The notes below the pieces were generated by a model. It was given only the letters and a program-made list of their open reading frames with translations. It did not search any database and had not been told where the DNA came from. Shown here in pieces: positions 1 to 8,700 of a stretch of DNA of 10,344 nucleotides. Source of the DNA: Fidelibacterota bacterium (lineage in GTDB: Bacteria > Fidelibacterota > Fidelibacteria > Fidelibacterales > DSDE01); the NCBI GenBank assembly GCA_046735395.1, contig JBJKQR010000037.1, positions 1-10,344 on the forward strand, read 5' to 3'. Positions within the stretch are counted from its first letter, which is position 1, and each line of letters opens with the position of its first letter. The translations under genes were made by a program, and so were the position numbers.

Positions 1-31
1 TGAAGTTCAAATCCATAAACCGGAGCTGCTG

Positions 32-553
32 ATGAAACGAATATTTCTGCTTGTTTTCACAATTTCTGTTCTTCAGGGAGCAAACGGCTGGCTGAGTATG
101 GGGGCCGGGCCTCTGCCTAATCTGGGACATAACCGCGGTTTGGGCGGAAATCTGAATCTTGTCCTGCAGTTCGGAGCGATTCCGGTGACTTTCAGGGTCG
201 GCAAGGCCGGTGAAAATCCGGAGTCATTTTTCAAACCGGCTTCCATCATTATCAATGAAAAGACCGTTCTGGTAGGTAAACGTTACGATACGGATGAAAA
301 ATGGGTTCAGATCCTGTCTGCCGGAGTATCCCGCATTGACGGAGAAAAACGGTCAAATTTCAGGTCTGACGGCTGGTTTTCCTACACTTTTGATATCCAC
401 ACAATCCACTGTTACGGGCTCGTTCTGGATTATCAGGGTTTCCGGGCTTTCCGCTATGCAGGCCTTGGTTTCAATGTCTTTATAAATCTGAATGCTGAGC
501 AGAATTATACTGCAATTATGTTCACACTGGCACTGGGAAAATTACATAATTAA
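32..553 (+). CDS. Hypothetical secreted protein (173 aa), possibly a small outer-membrane beta-barrel
   Basis: ATG at 32 with GGAG at 22-25. N-terminus MKRIFLLVFTISVLQGA resembles a Sec signal peptide. Mature part is Gly/aromatic-rich with alternating hydrophobic segments (NLNLVLQFG, GLGFNVFINL, IMFTLALG). Converges on the - strand operon with a 27-bp gap. Confidence 0.7.
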   Translation: MKRIFLLVFTISVLQGANGWLSMGAGPLPNLGHNRGLGGNLNLVLQFGAIPVTFRVGKAGENPESFFKPASIIINEKTVLVGKRYDTDEKWVQILSAGVSRIDGEKRSNFRSDGWFSYTFDIHTIHCYGLVLDYQGFRAFRYAGLGFNVFINLNAEQNYTAIMFTLALGKLHN

Positions 554-580
554 TTGGGAATTCCCCGATATACGAACCCG

Positions 581-2438
581 TTACTTTACTTCAAATATGA
601 ACATGCAGTTCCGGTCATCCTGATATTCTGCCTGCTTGACAAGATTGTAATAGCTCTCATAATCCTGCAGGGGAATGCTTCCCTTCCCGACGCTGAACTC
701 CCGGGAAAATTTCAGAATATTTTTATCCTTAATAATTGATTGTACATAGGAGGAAACCGCGTTCCGGACAGTCACCGGTGGCGGCAGAAATTCCTCGGCC
801 CAATTCTGCGGCAATTCATAGCGGATATTCATAATATTGGACCAGGGGCTGCCGAAATACAGGTCAGTTTCCCTGTCCTCCGGCTTCTTGTAGGCATTGC
901 GGCTTCGCCCGTAGAAGTTCGGATTGAAGCTGATGATTCCCCTCTGCACCGTGGCGTAATTCCGGCTTTCAAAGGCAATCCGGATGGAAAAAGTATCGGC
1001 GGCTCCGCTCAGATCAGAAAGTTTGAAGGAGGATATGCTGACATGTGGTGCATAATCTCCGAACCAGCGTGTGAGGATCTTCCGGCGTTCAGTCTTGTTT
1101 TTTGTCTGAAAACTGCTGATAATGGGCAGAGCTGCGTCACCCGTCCACAGCATTCTCCCGCTGAAGCTGAGTGTTCCCCTCGACATCAATTTTTCCCGTC
1201 CCGGTCAGGGAAAAACGATTCTGGTCCGCCCTGCTTCCGGGCAGACGAACAATTTTCGAATTTGGGCCGCATACCAGCAGGCCCATCCCTTCCTCATCCA
1301 TTTCCGGAAGATTATTTATGGATCCGAGGGGCGCCGTACAGTCAACAAACATCGTCGTATCGCCCAGATCAGCCCAAGAAATGAAATGATTGAACTGTGA
1401 GGCAACGATCGTCGTATCCACCAGGCCCTCAACGCGGGTCTTTACCAGAACCGGCCACGCTTCGATCCCTGCCAGACGGCACTGATTGATGAAGAAAAGG
1501 TCCAGATCCTTGCAGTCCCCATAGCCCGAAGCCAGAATTTTCGATGCAGGATTAGGAATGATTCCGAAATTATTATTATCAATCAGAACATAGCGCATAT
1601 TTTTCTGAATGTATTCCAGCAGCTGTGCAATGATTTCCTTTTTACTCAGGGATTCAGGATTCTTTATGACCAGATCTTTCGGTGACAGGTCGAATTTTGA
1701 GGAAATAATTCCCTCATACCAGGCAGCATAGTCCTTCCAGGACTGAATGCTTCCCTCGTAGCCCACGTAACGGAATTTTTCAGGGGCAAAGATCAGGGTG
1801 TACGCTTCGGACATACGCGGATCGGACCGTCGTTCATCCGGCCAGGGTGCAATATTCGTCATGGTCCAGCTGTACACCCGCCCTTCCTTTTCAATGATCG
1901 GTTGGGGCAGAGAATCTCCGCCATGAAAGGAGAAATCATAGCCTGCCGGCAGGCTCAATTCATAATGGTATTCCCGGATGGGGAAGTTTCTGCGGAAAAT
2001 GATATCCGGCCAGAGAAAGGTAGAACTCAGCCTGATGTCCTCTTCATACTCCAGAAAATAAGGGAATTTCTGTGAACGCATTTCAAGGATGGAAAACAGA
2101 TTATTGCTGTACAGAGCGTAACCGGGAGACGCCGCTATCTTTCGAAGATCTTTTTTCCGGGATTTCGTGAGAACTTTTCCCTGCGCATCCAGAATCCGGG
2201 CTTTCATTTTCTTGACTTTCATCACCCCCTTTTCGTCGGACGCGACAAAAACACCCAGATCCTGACCTTCCCGGTTTGCAACCTTTATCCGGTAAAATGA
2301 ATGGATTTCCATGGAACCGTCTGACAGAATACGAACTTTTTCTTCAATACGTTCATAGCGGTTATCCAGCTTACTGGCTAAGGCAAAGGAAACCATAAGA
2401 AGCAGACTCAGGCTTGTTCCAAAAATTACTTTTTTCAT
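581..2438 (-). pseudogene. DUF3857 / transglutaminase-like / C-terminal (DUF3858-like) secreted protein, split by a +1 frameshift (618 aa if joined; may be a sequencing error)
   Basis: Start ATG at 2438 (MKKVIFGTSLSLLLMVSFALA, signal-peptide-like), 1 nt after the upstream TGA. Transglutaminase-like motifs GYGDCKD, QFNHFI and FVDCT. The first frame stops at 1137-1139, while the 581..1189 ORF supplies a C-terminal domain that parallels the upstream paralogue (KKPEDRETDLYFGSPW vs KLEKRRYSVDYNYPW; YELPQNW vs IILPEGF). Confidence 0.85.
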
Positions 2439-2439
2439 T

Positions 2440-4389
2440 TCACTTGCCGCTATCGGCCCTGCGGATAACGATCTGATTGTTATCCGAGGAGACGACATTT
2501 TCAAAGAACTGCTTGATACCCTTATAACTGCCGCTCCGGAAAAAAATACCGGAAATCTTCAGGAGACGGCTGGAGGTCAGCGTTCTGCCTCGCACGGAAG
2601 CAAGTGACGTGAAATCGTGGCCTCCGATGCTGTACTCATCCCTGGGCGATAGCTGATCCATTACGAAGCCTTCCGGAAGAATAATATTCAGGGTCTCCTC
2701 GTTTTCCCAGGGATAATTGTAATCAACCGAATATCTGCGTTTTTCCAGTTTGAAGATATTTTCCTTCATCCGGTCGAACAGATGTGTGTTGAAATACATC
2801 TTATCCTTGCCCAGCTCGGCAAAATGGGGAACCGTAAAGTGAAATTCCACTCCGAAGGGTTTTTCTGGATCTGTTTCATTGGACAGGGAAACATCACTCC
2901 ACTCAATGCCGGCAACGGCGGATGCCACGTTATCCTTTATATAACTTTCCAGGTCTTCTGCTTTCTTATATTTCGCTCTCTGTGATATCCCATCATAATT
3001 AGTATAGTCGATATGAACCGTTCCGGTCAGGGTGCCGTCCGGCAGAAGTTCCGCATCAATAAGCTTGGCAATCCGGCTGCTTTCCTCCGGAAGCGGAGTA
3101 TCAATAAATTCCTGATCCGGCTCGTATCGAAGCCCCCGGTAACTGATGTCGCCGGATGGCAGCAATCCATAGGGAATATTTGAGTTACGGGCATCCAGAT
3201 AGCGAAGCTTCAGACCGTCTCTGACTTCGACGATAATATTGTCATAGGTTGCCAGGCGCAAATCTCCGTTTTTCAGGAGGCCATTCGAACGAGTTGAAAT
3301 CAGGACTGGATTTGCCCGGAGTCCCTCCGCCCGCAGCAGCCCCATGAGCAGCAGATTTTTTTCATATCTGTTACCGCTGCGGCTTTTGATCAGTTCACCG
3401 GGGGTCTGTAATTCACTGCTTGTATAGGAAGTGCTTTTCCCATCCGAAATGGAATCCTTCACAAAATAATAGATGGTCCGAACCATCTCCGAAGGATCCA
3501 CATTCTGTGACAGACGGTCGGCAAGCTTCTTTATCTGTCTGCCCGGGTCCAGATAATCCTTCTGATATTCGATGACTTTCTTATGAAAATCGGGCATTTC
3601 CTTCACAAATGTAATATAATTAAAGTTATCCTTATAGAACTGCAACTGAAAATCCAGGGTCATCATCGCATCCTTCTTGGAAAACATGAAAGGTTCGGCG
3701 ACAAAGGGATCCAGATGACTGAAGCTCCAGGTATACTGAAGTGCCTTCACGTTATTCGCGCCGAGAACGATGGATTTTTCTGCTGTATACCCGAAAATCG
3801 GCGAATTGTTGAGATTGGATATATAGCTGTATCCTGCCGGCAAATTAACTTGAAAACAAGTGGAATCCACTTCCACATCCCACTGGAACACCCAGTTATC
3901 GAGCCCGGCGATATAGGGCGAGTCCTTTTGATATGTATATTCGATGACACAATTATCCGAAACGCCGGGAATGGCAAACACCATCTTCTGCCATCTCTTT
4001 TTCTCACCTTCCTTAAAAATATTTTTACGTTTCAGTTTGACGATATGTCCGTCAGGGAGATAGGTCTGAGCCTTGATACCATACACTTTTTCATCACCAT
4101 AGAAGGGAATAGTAATATCAGAATACTGTTCCTTTCCGGCTGAATTGTAGATTTCAATCCTCACGTGATGTTCCATCGTATAGTCGTAACTGTTGGGTGA
4201 AATGGAAATTTTCGCTTTCTCGAACAGAACACAGGCCGACGCGCCCGGGTTTTCCGGAAAAGGAGCGACCGACATACCGCCCTTGAATAATTTTCCGTAG
4301 TCGTATGCATTGGTGTTTCCGGCATATACCGGATTGACGAGAAGTGCCAGAACGGACAGATAAAGAATTATACGGACACCTGATTTCAT
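2440..4389 (-). CDS. DUF3857 / transglutaminase-like domain secreted protein (649 aa), catalytic Cys/His not conserved
   Basis: Strong SD AAGGAGGT (4400-4393) before ATG at 4389. Signal peptide MKSGVRIILYLSVLALLVNPVYA. DUF3857-like region (HVRIEIYN...IKAQTYLPDG...FAIPGVSDNCVIEYTY). Transglutaminase-like core (KNLLLMGLLRAEGLRANPVLISTRSNG...YLDA). The ORF-track extension to 4677 is judged non-coding. Confidence 0.9.
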   Translation of the reverse strand: MKSGVRIILYLSVLALLVNPVYAGNTNAYDYGKLFKGGMSVAPFPENPGASACVLFEKAKISISPNSYDYTMEHHVRIEIYNSAGKEQYSDITIPFYGDEKVYGIKAQTYLPDGHIVKLKRKNIFKEGEKKRWQKMVFAIPGVSDNCVIEYTYQKDSPYIAGLDNWVFQWDVEVDSTCFQVNLPAGYSYISNLNNSPIFGYTAEKSIVLGANNVKALQYTWSFSHLDPFVAEPFMFSKKDAMMTLDFQLQFYKDNFNYITFVKEMPDFHKKVIEYQKDYLDPGRQIKKLADRLSQNVDPSEMVRTIYYFVKDSISDGKSTSYTSSELQTPGELIKSRSGNRYEKNLLLMGLLRAEGLRANPVLISTRSNGLLKNGDLRLATYDNIIVEVRDGLKLRYLDARNSNIPYGLLPSGDISYRGLRYEPDQEFIDTPLPEESSRIAKLIDAELLPDGTLTGTVHIDYTNYDGISQRAKYKKAEDLESYIKDNVASAVAGIEWSDVSLSNETDPEKPFGVEFHFTVPHFAELGKDKMYFNTHLFDRMKENIFKLEKRRYSVDYNYPWENEETLNIILPEGFVMDQLSPRDEYSIGGHDFTSLASVRGRTLTSSRLLKISGIFFRSGSYKGIKQFFENVVSSDNNQIVIRRADSGK

Positions 4390-4392
4390 TTT

Positions 4393-4400
4393 ACCTCCTT
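4393..4400 (-). promoter_or_regulatory. Shine-Dalgarno sequence AAGGAGGT
   Basis: Minus strand reads AAGGAGGT-AAA-ATG directly before the signal-peptide-bearing start at 4389. Confidence 0.85.
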
Positions 4401-4531
4401 GATCGTTTGCAGACGGCAGAATATCCTCGCCTCTGCATACTTCGTTAATCCTGAACCCGGACATATTCTGCCCAGATGGTCGTAAAATATCCTTCCTCCA
4501 AATACTATAGTACAATAGCTGTAAGGGCGGA

Positions 4532-4560
4532 AATTTAGGGAAGGGAAATTTGAATAACAA
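4532..4560 (-). promoter_or_regulatory. Candidate sigma70-type promoter for the transglutaminase-like operon
   Basis: Minus strand TTGTTA (4560-4555) - 17 nt - TAAATT (4537-4532). An alternative is TTCCGC (4532-4527) - 17 nt - TATAGT (4509-4504). Consensus resemblance only. Confidence 0.35.
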
Positions 4561-4600
4561 ATTAATTATAGCTCTCTCCCCAAGAACACGAATTTCCGTA

Positions 4601-4663
4601 TTTTCCACGAAGAACACGGATTGACACGAAGAATTCTCCACGAAGAACACAAATAAACACGAA
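4601..4663 (+). repeat. Two tandem copies of the 30-bp triple-CACGAA element
   Basis: TTTTC-CACGAA-GAA-CACGGA-TTGA-CACGAA (4601-4630) and TTCTC-CACGAA-GAA-CACAAA-TAAA-CACGAA (4634-4663). A degenerate copy precedes them (CACGAA at 4587-4592). Confidence 0.9.
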
Positions 4664-4707
4664 TAAATGGAACACAACTGTTAAACATCAGTCCACTCCC
4701 AGATCCT

Positions 4708-4810
4708 CGTTTCTTCCCGGTCTACCTGTCAACTCGTCTACCTGTCAACTCGTCTACCTGACCACGAATCCGTTCCCGTTTCTTCCCCGTCTACTCGTCT
4801 ACCCGTCTAC
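4708..4810 (+). repeat. Two 8-mer tandem arrays (GTCWACYY), each preceded by CGTTTCTTCCC
   Basis: 4720-4759: GTCTACCT GTCAACTC GTCTACCT GTCAACTC GTCTACCT. 4789-4810: GTCTACTC GTCTACCC GTCTAC. CGTTTCTTCCC[G/C]GTCTAC occurs at 4708-4725 and 4777-4794. Confidence 0.9.
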
Positions 4811-4847
4811 ACTTTTACTCATTAACGCAGCAACCCGCCAACAAAGA

Positions 4848-4915
4848 TCATCCACGAAGGTCACGAATGGACACGAATCCATTTATTTTCCACAAAGGAC
4901 ACGAAGAAACACGAA
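4848..4915 (+). repeat. Two further copies of the triple-CACGAA element
   Basis: TCATC-CACGAA-GGT-CACGAA-TGGA-CACGAA (4848-4877) and TTTTC-CACAAA-GGA-CACGAA-GAAA-CACGAA (4886-4915). Confidence 0.9.
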
Positions 4916-5070
4916 TTCAGAATAAATAATCAGGATCTTCGTTTTTGACTTTATTCAGGTAATTCACGGATGAGGCACTGTGCCTGTTTTGTTTAGGTTC
5001 GCTGAAGCAGATAAAGATCTATACCCATTAAACACAGGTGCTTATTTTTTTATTTCAACATGATTTCTGC

Positions 5071-5099
5071 TTGATTCAAATCCGAATCTCCCGTAATTT
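5071..5099 (+). promoter_or_regulatory. Candidate sigma70-type promoter of the tetR-activase operon
   Basis: TTGATT (5071-5076) - 17 nt - TAATTT (5094-5099). The -10 box overlaps the operator-like palindrome starting at 5097. Confidence 0.5.
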
Positions 5100-5126
5100 G
5101 ACAATAGTGTCAAACACAGGTGTCAG
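5097..5126. promoter_or_regulatory. Putative TetR operator(s): TTTGACA-ATAG-TGTCAAA plus an overlapping related site
   Basis: Perfect 7-bp inverted repeat at 5097-5114. Related site CAAACACAGGTGTCAG at 5111-5126. Third related site TAAACACAGGTGCTTA at 5029-5044. All lie directly upstream of a TetR gene, and TetR autoregulation via palindromes is well established. Confidence 0.65.
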
Positions 5127-5760
5127 GATTAAAAACATCAACAAACATACACCGTCCCTCGAAAAACTTAATGACGACACGGAAAAGCTTATTTTTCAGG
5201 CGGCAACGCGTGTTCTGCTCAGAAATGGCCTGGATGCGACGACGATGCAGCAGATTGCCGATGAGGCCGGGATAAGCCGAACGGCTCTTCATTATTACTA
5301 CCGCAGCAAACACAAACTGTTTCAGGCGGTTCTGGTGAATGAACTGGATCGTTTTCTGCCCAGGATCACACATATTATCATGGACGAAAAACTGTCACTG
5401 GAAGAAAAGCTTAAGGCCTTCATTGAGAATTATGTCAATCTGCTCAAGGCTCACCCTTATCTCCCCATGTTTATTGCCAGCGCACTGCACAGCCGTCAGG
5501 AGGCGGTTCTGATCCGCCAGATCAAATTGGGTGAAAACTTCAATCGCCTGCTGGGTTTTCTGCAACTGGAGATGGGAGCACACATCGATCACGACACGTT
5601 ACTGAATTTCATCATGGACCTGATGGGGATGCTCATATTTCCGATCATGGCCCGGCCCCTTCTGAGAGACCAGCTATTGGCAGATGAGGACAATTACGAC
5701 ACCTTCATCGAGGCCCGCAAAGACCATGTATTTCAAATCATGAAGCGTTTTTTCACATAG
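5107..5760 (+). CDS. TetR/AcrR family transcriptional regulator (start uncertain: GTG 5038, TTG 5071, TTG 5098 or GTG 5107)
   Basis: Typical TetR HTH: TEKLIFQAATRVLLRNGLDATTMQQIADEAGISRTALHYYYRSKHKLFQAV, followed by a helical ligand-binding domain. Stop TAG at 5758-5760. Confidence 0.92.
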   Translation: MSNTGVRIKNINKHTPSLEKLNDDTEKLIFQAATRVLLRNGLDATTMQQIADEAGISRTALHYYYRSKHKLFQAVLVNELDRFLPRITHIIMDEKLSLEEKLKAFIENYVNLLKAHPYLPMFIASALHSRQEAVLIRQIKLGENFNRLLGFLQLEMGAHIDHDTLLNFIMDLMGMLIFPIMARPLLRDQLLADEDNYDTFIEARKDHVFQIMKRFFT

Positions 5761-5770
5761 TAGGATAAAA

Positions 5771-8700
5771 ATGGATAATGTCATTTATAATTTAGGCCTG
5801 GATATCGGTTCCACCACCGCTAAGGCCGTCATCCTCGGGCACGACGAAAAACCGGTCTGGCAGGATTACCGGCGCCATGCCACAGCCATTCTGCCCTGTG
5901 TCCGGTCTCTGATGCAGAATGCCATCGACAAGCTGGGCCATTTTCAGTACCGGCTCTGCGTCACGGGGTCAGCGGGAATGGGCCTGGCTGAAAAATTCAA
6001 TCTGCGCTTTGCCCAGGAAGTCATTGTCGCATCCCAGTACATCCGGCGTCATTTTCCTCTGGTAAATACCCTGATTGATGTGGGAGGCGAAGATGCCAAA
6101 ATGATTTTTTTCAATGACGAGCGCCAGCCGGATATCCGCATGAACGGCAGCTGTGCTGGCGGTACCGGCGCGTTTATCGACCAGATGGCCACTCTGCTGA
6201 ATCTCTCCATAGAGGAACTGGATGCACTGGCGCGCACTACAGATATCATCCATCCGGTCGCATCACGCTGCGGCGTCTTCGCAAAAACAGACGTTCAGAA
6301 TCTGATCAGCCGGAAAGTGCCTCTGCCGGAAATATCCCGATCCATCTTCAATGCCGTATCCCTGCAGGCCATAAACACCCTGGCACGCGGGCAGAAAATC
6401 CTGTCGCAGATCTTTTTCAGCGGTGGTCCGCTCTCCTTTATCGGAAGCCTGCGGGATCGTTTCATTGCAAATATCGGAATCCACCCGGATCAGATCGTTG
6501 CCACAGGCAGCGGTGAATATATCTCAGCTCTCGGTGCTGCCGATGAGGCATCAACCCGGTCCGAAACGCTTTCAACACGGCGGACTCCCTTTCTGGATCC
6601 GGACGAATCGGGACAGATCACCTTATCCAGTACACGCCTTGAACCGCTGTTCAGGGATCCGGCCCATTATACGGACTGGTGCGATACACGCAGCCTGACA
6701 AAGGTTGAACGGATCAGTCTCCCGGAGGCCCTGAACGATGACCTGTTTCTGGGCATTGACGCCGGGTCCACCACGACAAAAGTCGTCGTAAGTGACGAAG
6801 CGGACCGCATCGTATTTTCGGAATATATCCACAATAACGGCAATACGCTTCAGGCGGTTTCCGGTGCTCTGAGCAAGGTCGCGGACCTGATCGACAGACA
6901 GCGTCCCGGTGCCCGCATCTCACAGAGTGCCGTCACCGGCTATGGCGAAGATCTGATTCGCGCTGCCTTCAATATTGATCACGGCATCGTGGAAACGAGC
7001 GCTCATTTTTACGCCGCCCGCCACTGCGATCCCCAGGTTTCCTTTATTCTGGATATCGGTGGCCAGGATATGAAGGCGATTTTTATCAAACACGGTAAAA
7101 TCACCCGCATAGATATCAATGAAGCCTGTTCGTCAGGATGCGGTTCCTTTATTGAGGGATTTGCCAAATCGCTGGATCTCAGTCCGCTTGAATTCAGTTC
7201 GCATGCCTGCTCCGCCTCAGGCCCCTGTGATCTGGGCACACGCTGCACCGTATTCATGAATTCAAAGGTTAAACAATCCCTGCGGGAAAACGCCAGCGTG
7301 GGTGACATTGCGTCCGGCCTGGCCTATTCGGTCATCAAAAACAGTCTCTATAAAGTCCTCAAGCTGCGGAATGTGGATGAGCTGGGGGATCACATCGTGG
7401 TTCAGGGCGGTACCTTTCTGAACGATTCCGTATTCCGCGCCATGGAACAGGTTACGGGTCGGCCCATTTCCCGGACGGATATTCCGGAACTCATGGGTGC
7501 CTACGGATGCGCCCTGCATGCCCGTGAACATTATCAGCAACGCGGATCCACCACACGCTTCGTGGGGCTTGACAGACATTCGGCCGGAAATCAGTACAAA
7601 ATCCGGACACTCACCTGTCACGGCTGCACCAATTCCTGCGCTATTTCCAAATTCACGTTCGAGGGTTCCCGGCACTTTTATACGGGCAACAAATGTGAAA
7701 AAATGTTTTCGAACAAGGGATATCAGGAACTTCCCGGAAGCAATCTTCTGGAAACCCGCTATAATCTGCTCTTCGACAGAGCCAAACGGACACCGGAATA
7801 CCCGGTCGCCCGCATCGGGATTCCACGCATTCTTGCCATGTATGAACAATTTCCCTTCTGGCATACCCTATTCACGGACTGTGGCATTGAGGTCGTGCTG
7901 TCCGATCCCTCAGATCAGCGTTTGTACGAACTGGGCACCGGGGCCATTATGTCCGACAATATCTGTTTCCCGGCAAAAGTCGCTCACGGGCATATGGAAA
8001 ACCTGATTGCCCGCGGCATCGAAAGCATTTTTTATCCCCTTGGCATCTACGAACGCCGTGAGCAGAAGGAAGCCAGAAACAGCTTTAATTGTCCCATTGT
8101 TTCCAGCTACGCGGAAGTACTGCGGGGGACTCTGGAGAATTCCGGACGTAATGAAATCCAACTTGACAGCCCGACTGTGGGATTCCACGATGACAAACTT
8201 CTGGAGAAAGCCTGCCGTCAGTATCTGAAAAAGTACCGAATCCCGGCGCGGAAGATCACATCGGCATTTCGAAATGCCCTCGATGAACAGGCCCGGTTCA
8301 GTTCAGCCGTCGAAACGGCGTCACAGTCCGTTATCCATACTTCACAATCCGAAAATCGCCCCATGGTAGTTCTGGCCGGACATCCTTATCATAATGATCC
8401 CATGATTGAAAGCAACACATCCCGGATGCTGAGCGATCTGGGCGTGAATGTGCTGACGGTGGATGCATTGACCAAGCTTCCGACAGCGGGACTTGACAAA
8501 TTCGTGGCCATCACCCAGTGGACCTATCCGAACCGGCTTCTGCATGCCGCCCAGTGGGTGGCTGAACAAAAAGAGTCCGATGTACACTTCGTCATGCTTA
8601 CCTCCTTCGGCTGCGGGCCGGATGCCTTCCTGATCGACGAGGTAAAAAGCCATCTGGAAGCAGCCGGAAAAACCTTCACCCTGATCAAAGTGGACGACAT

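Noticed and set aside
556..565. Palindrome GGGAATTCCC between the convergent genes as a terminator
   Set aside because: It forms only a 3-bp stem with a 4-nt loop and has no U-tract, so it is too weak to call.
1191..1197. Slippery heptamer G GGA AAA (minus strand) as a programmed -1 frameshift
   Set aside because: Joining the two ORFs needs a +1 (or -2) shift. A -1 slip enters the wrong frame.
2439..2504. 22-aa N-terminal extension of the 1137..2504 ORF
   Set aside because: It overlaps the upstream gene. The signal peptide begins at ATG 2438, immediately after the upstream stop.
554..4143. Plus-strand ORFs 554..739, 740..1384, 1122..1400, 1171..1389, 2782..2985, 3583..4143 and minus-strand ORF 3747..4007
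   Set aside because: They are antisense or off-frame shadows of the transglutaminase-like genes with no recognisable motifs.
4390..4677. 96-aa N-terminal extension of the 2440..4677 ORF
   Set aside because: It translates the repeat region (VFFVEN twice). The strong SD and signal peptide place the start at 4389.
5098..5103. Perfect TTGACA as the -35 box
   Set aside because: There is no credible -10 box 16-18 nt downstream. It is better explained as an operator half-site.
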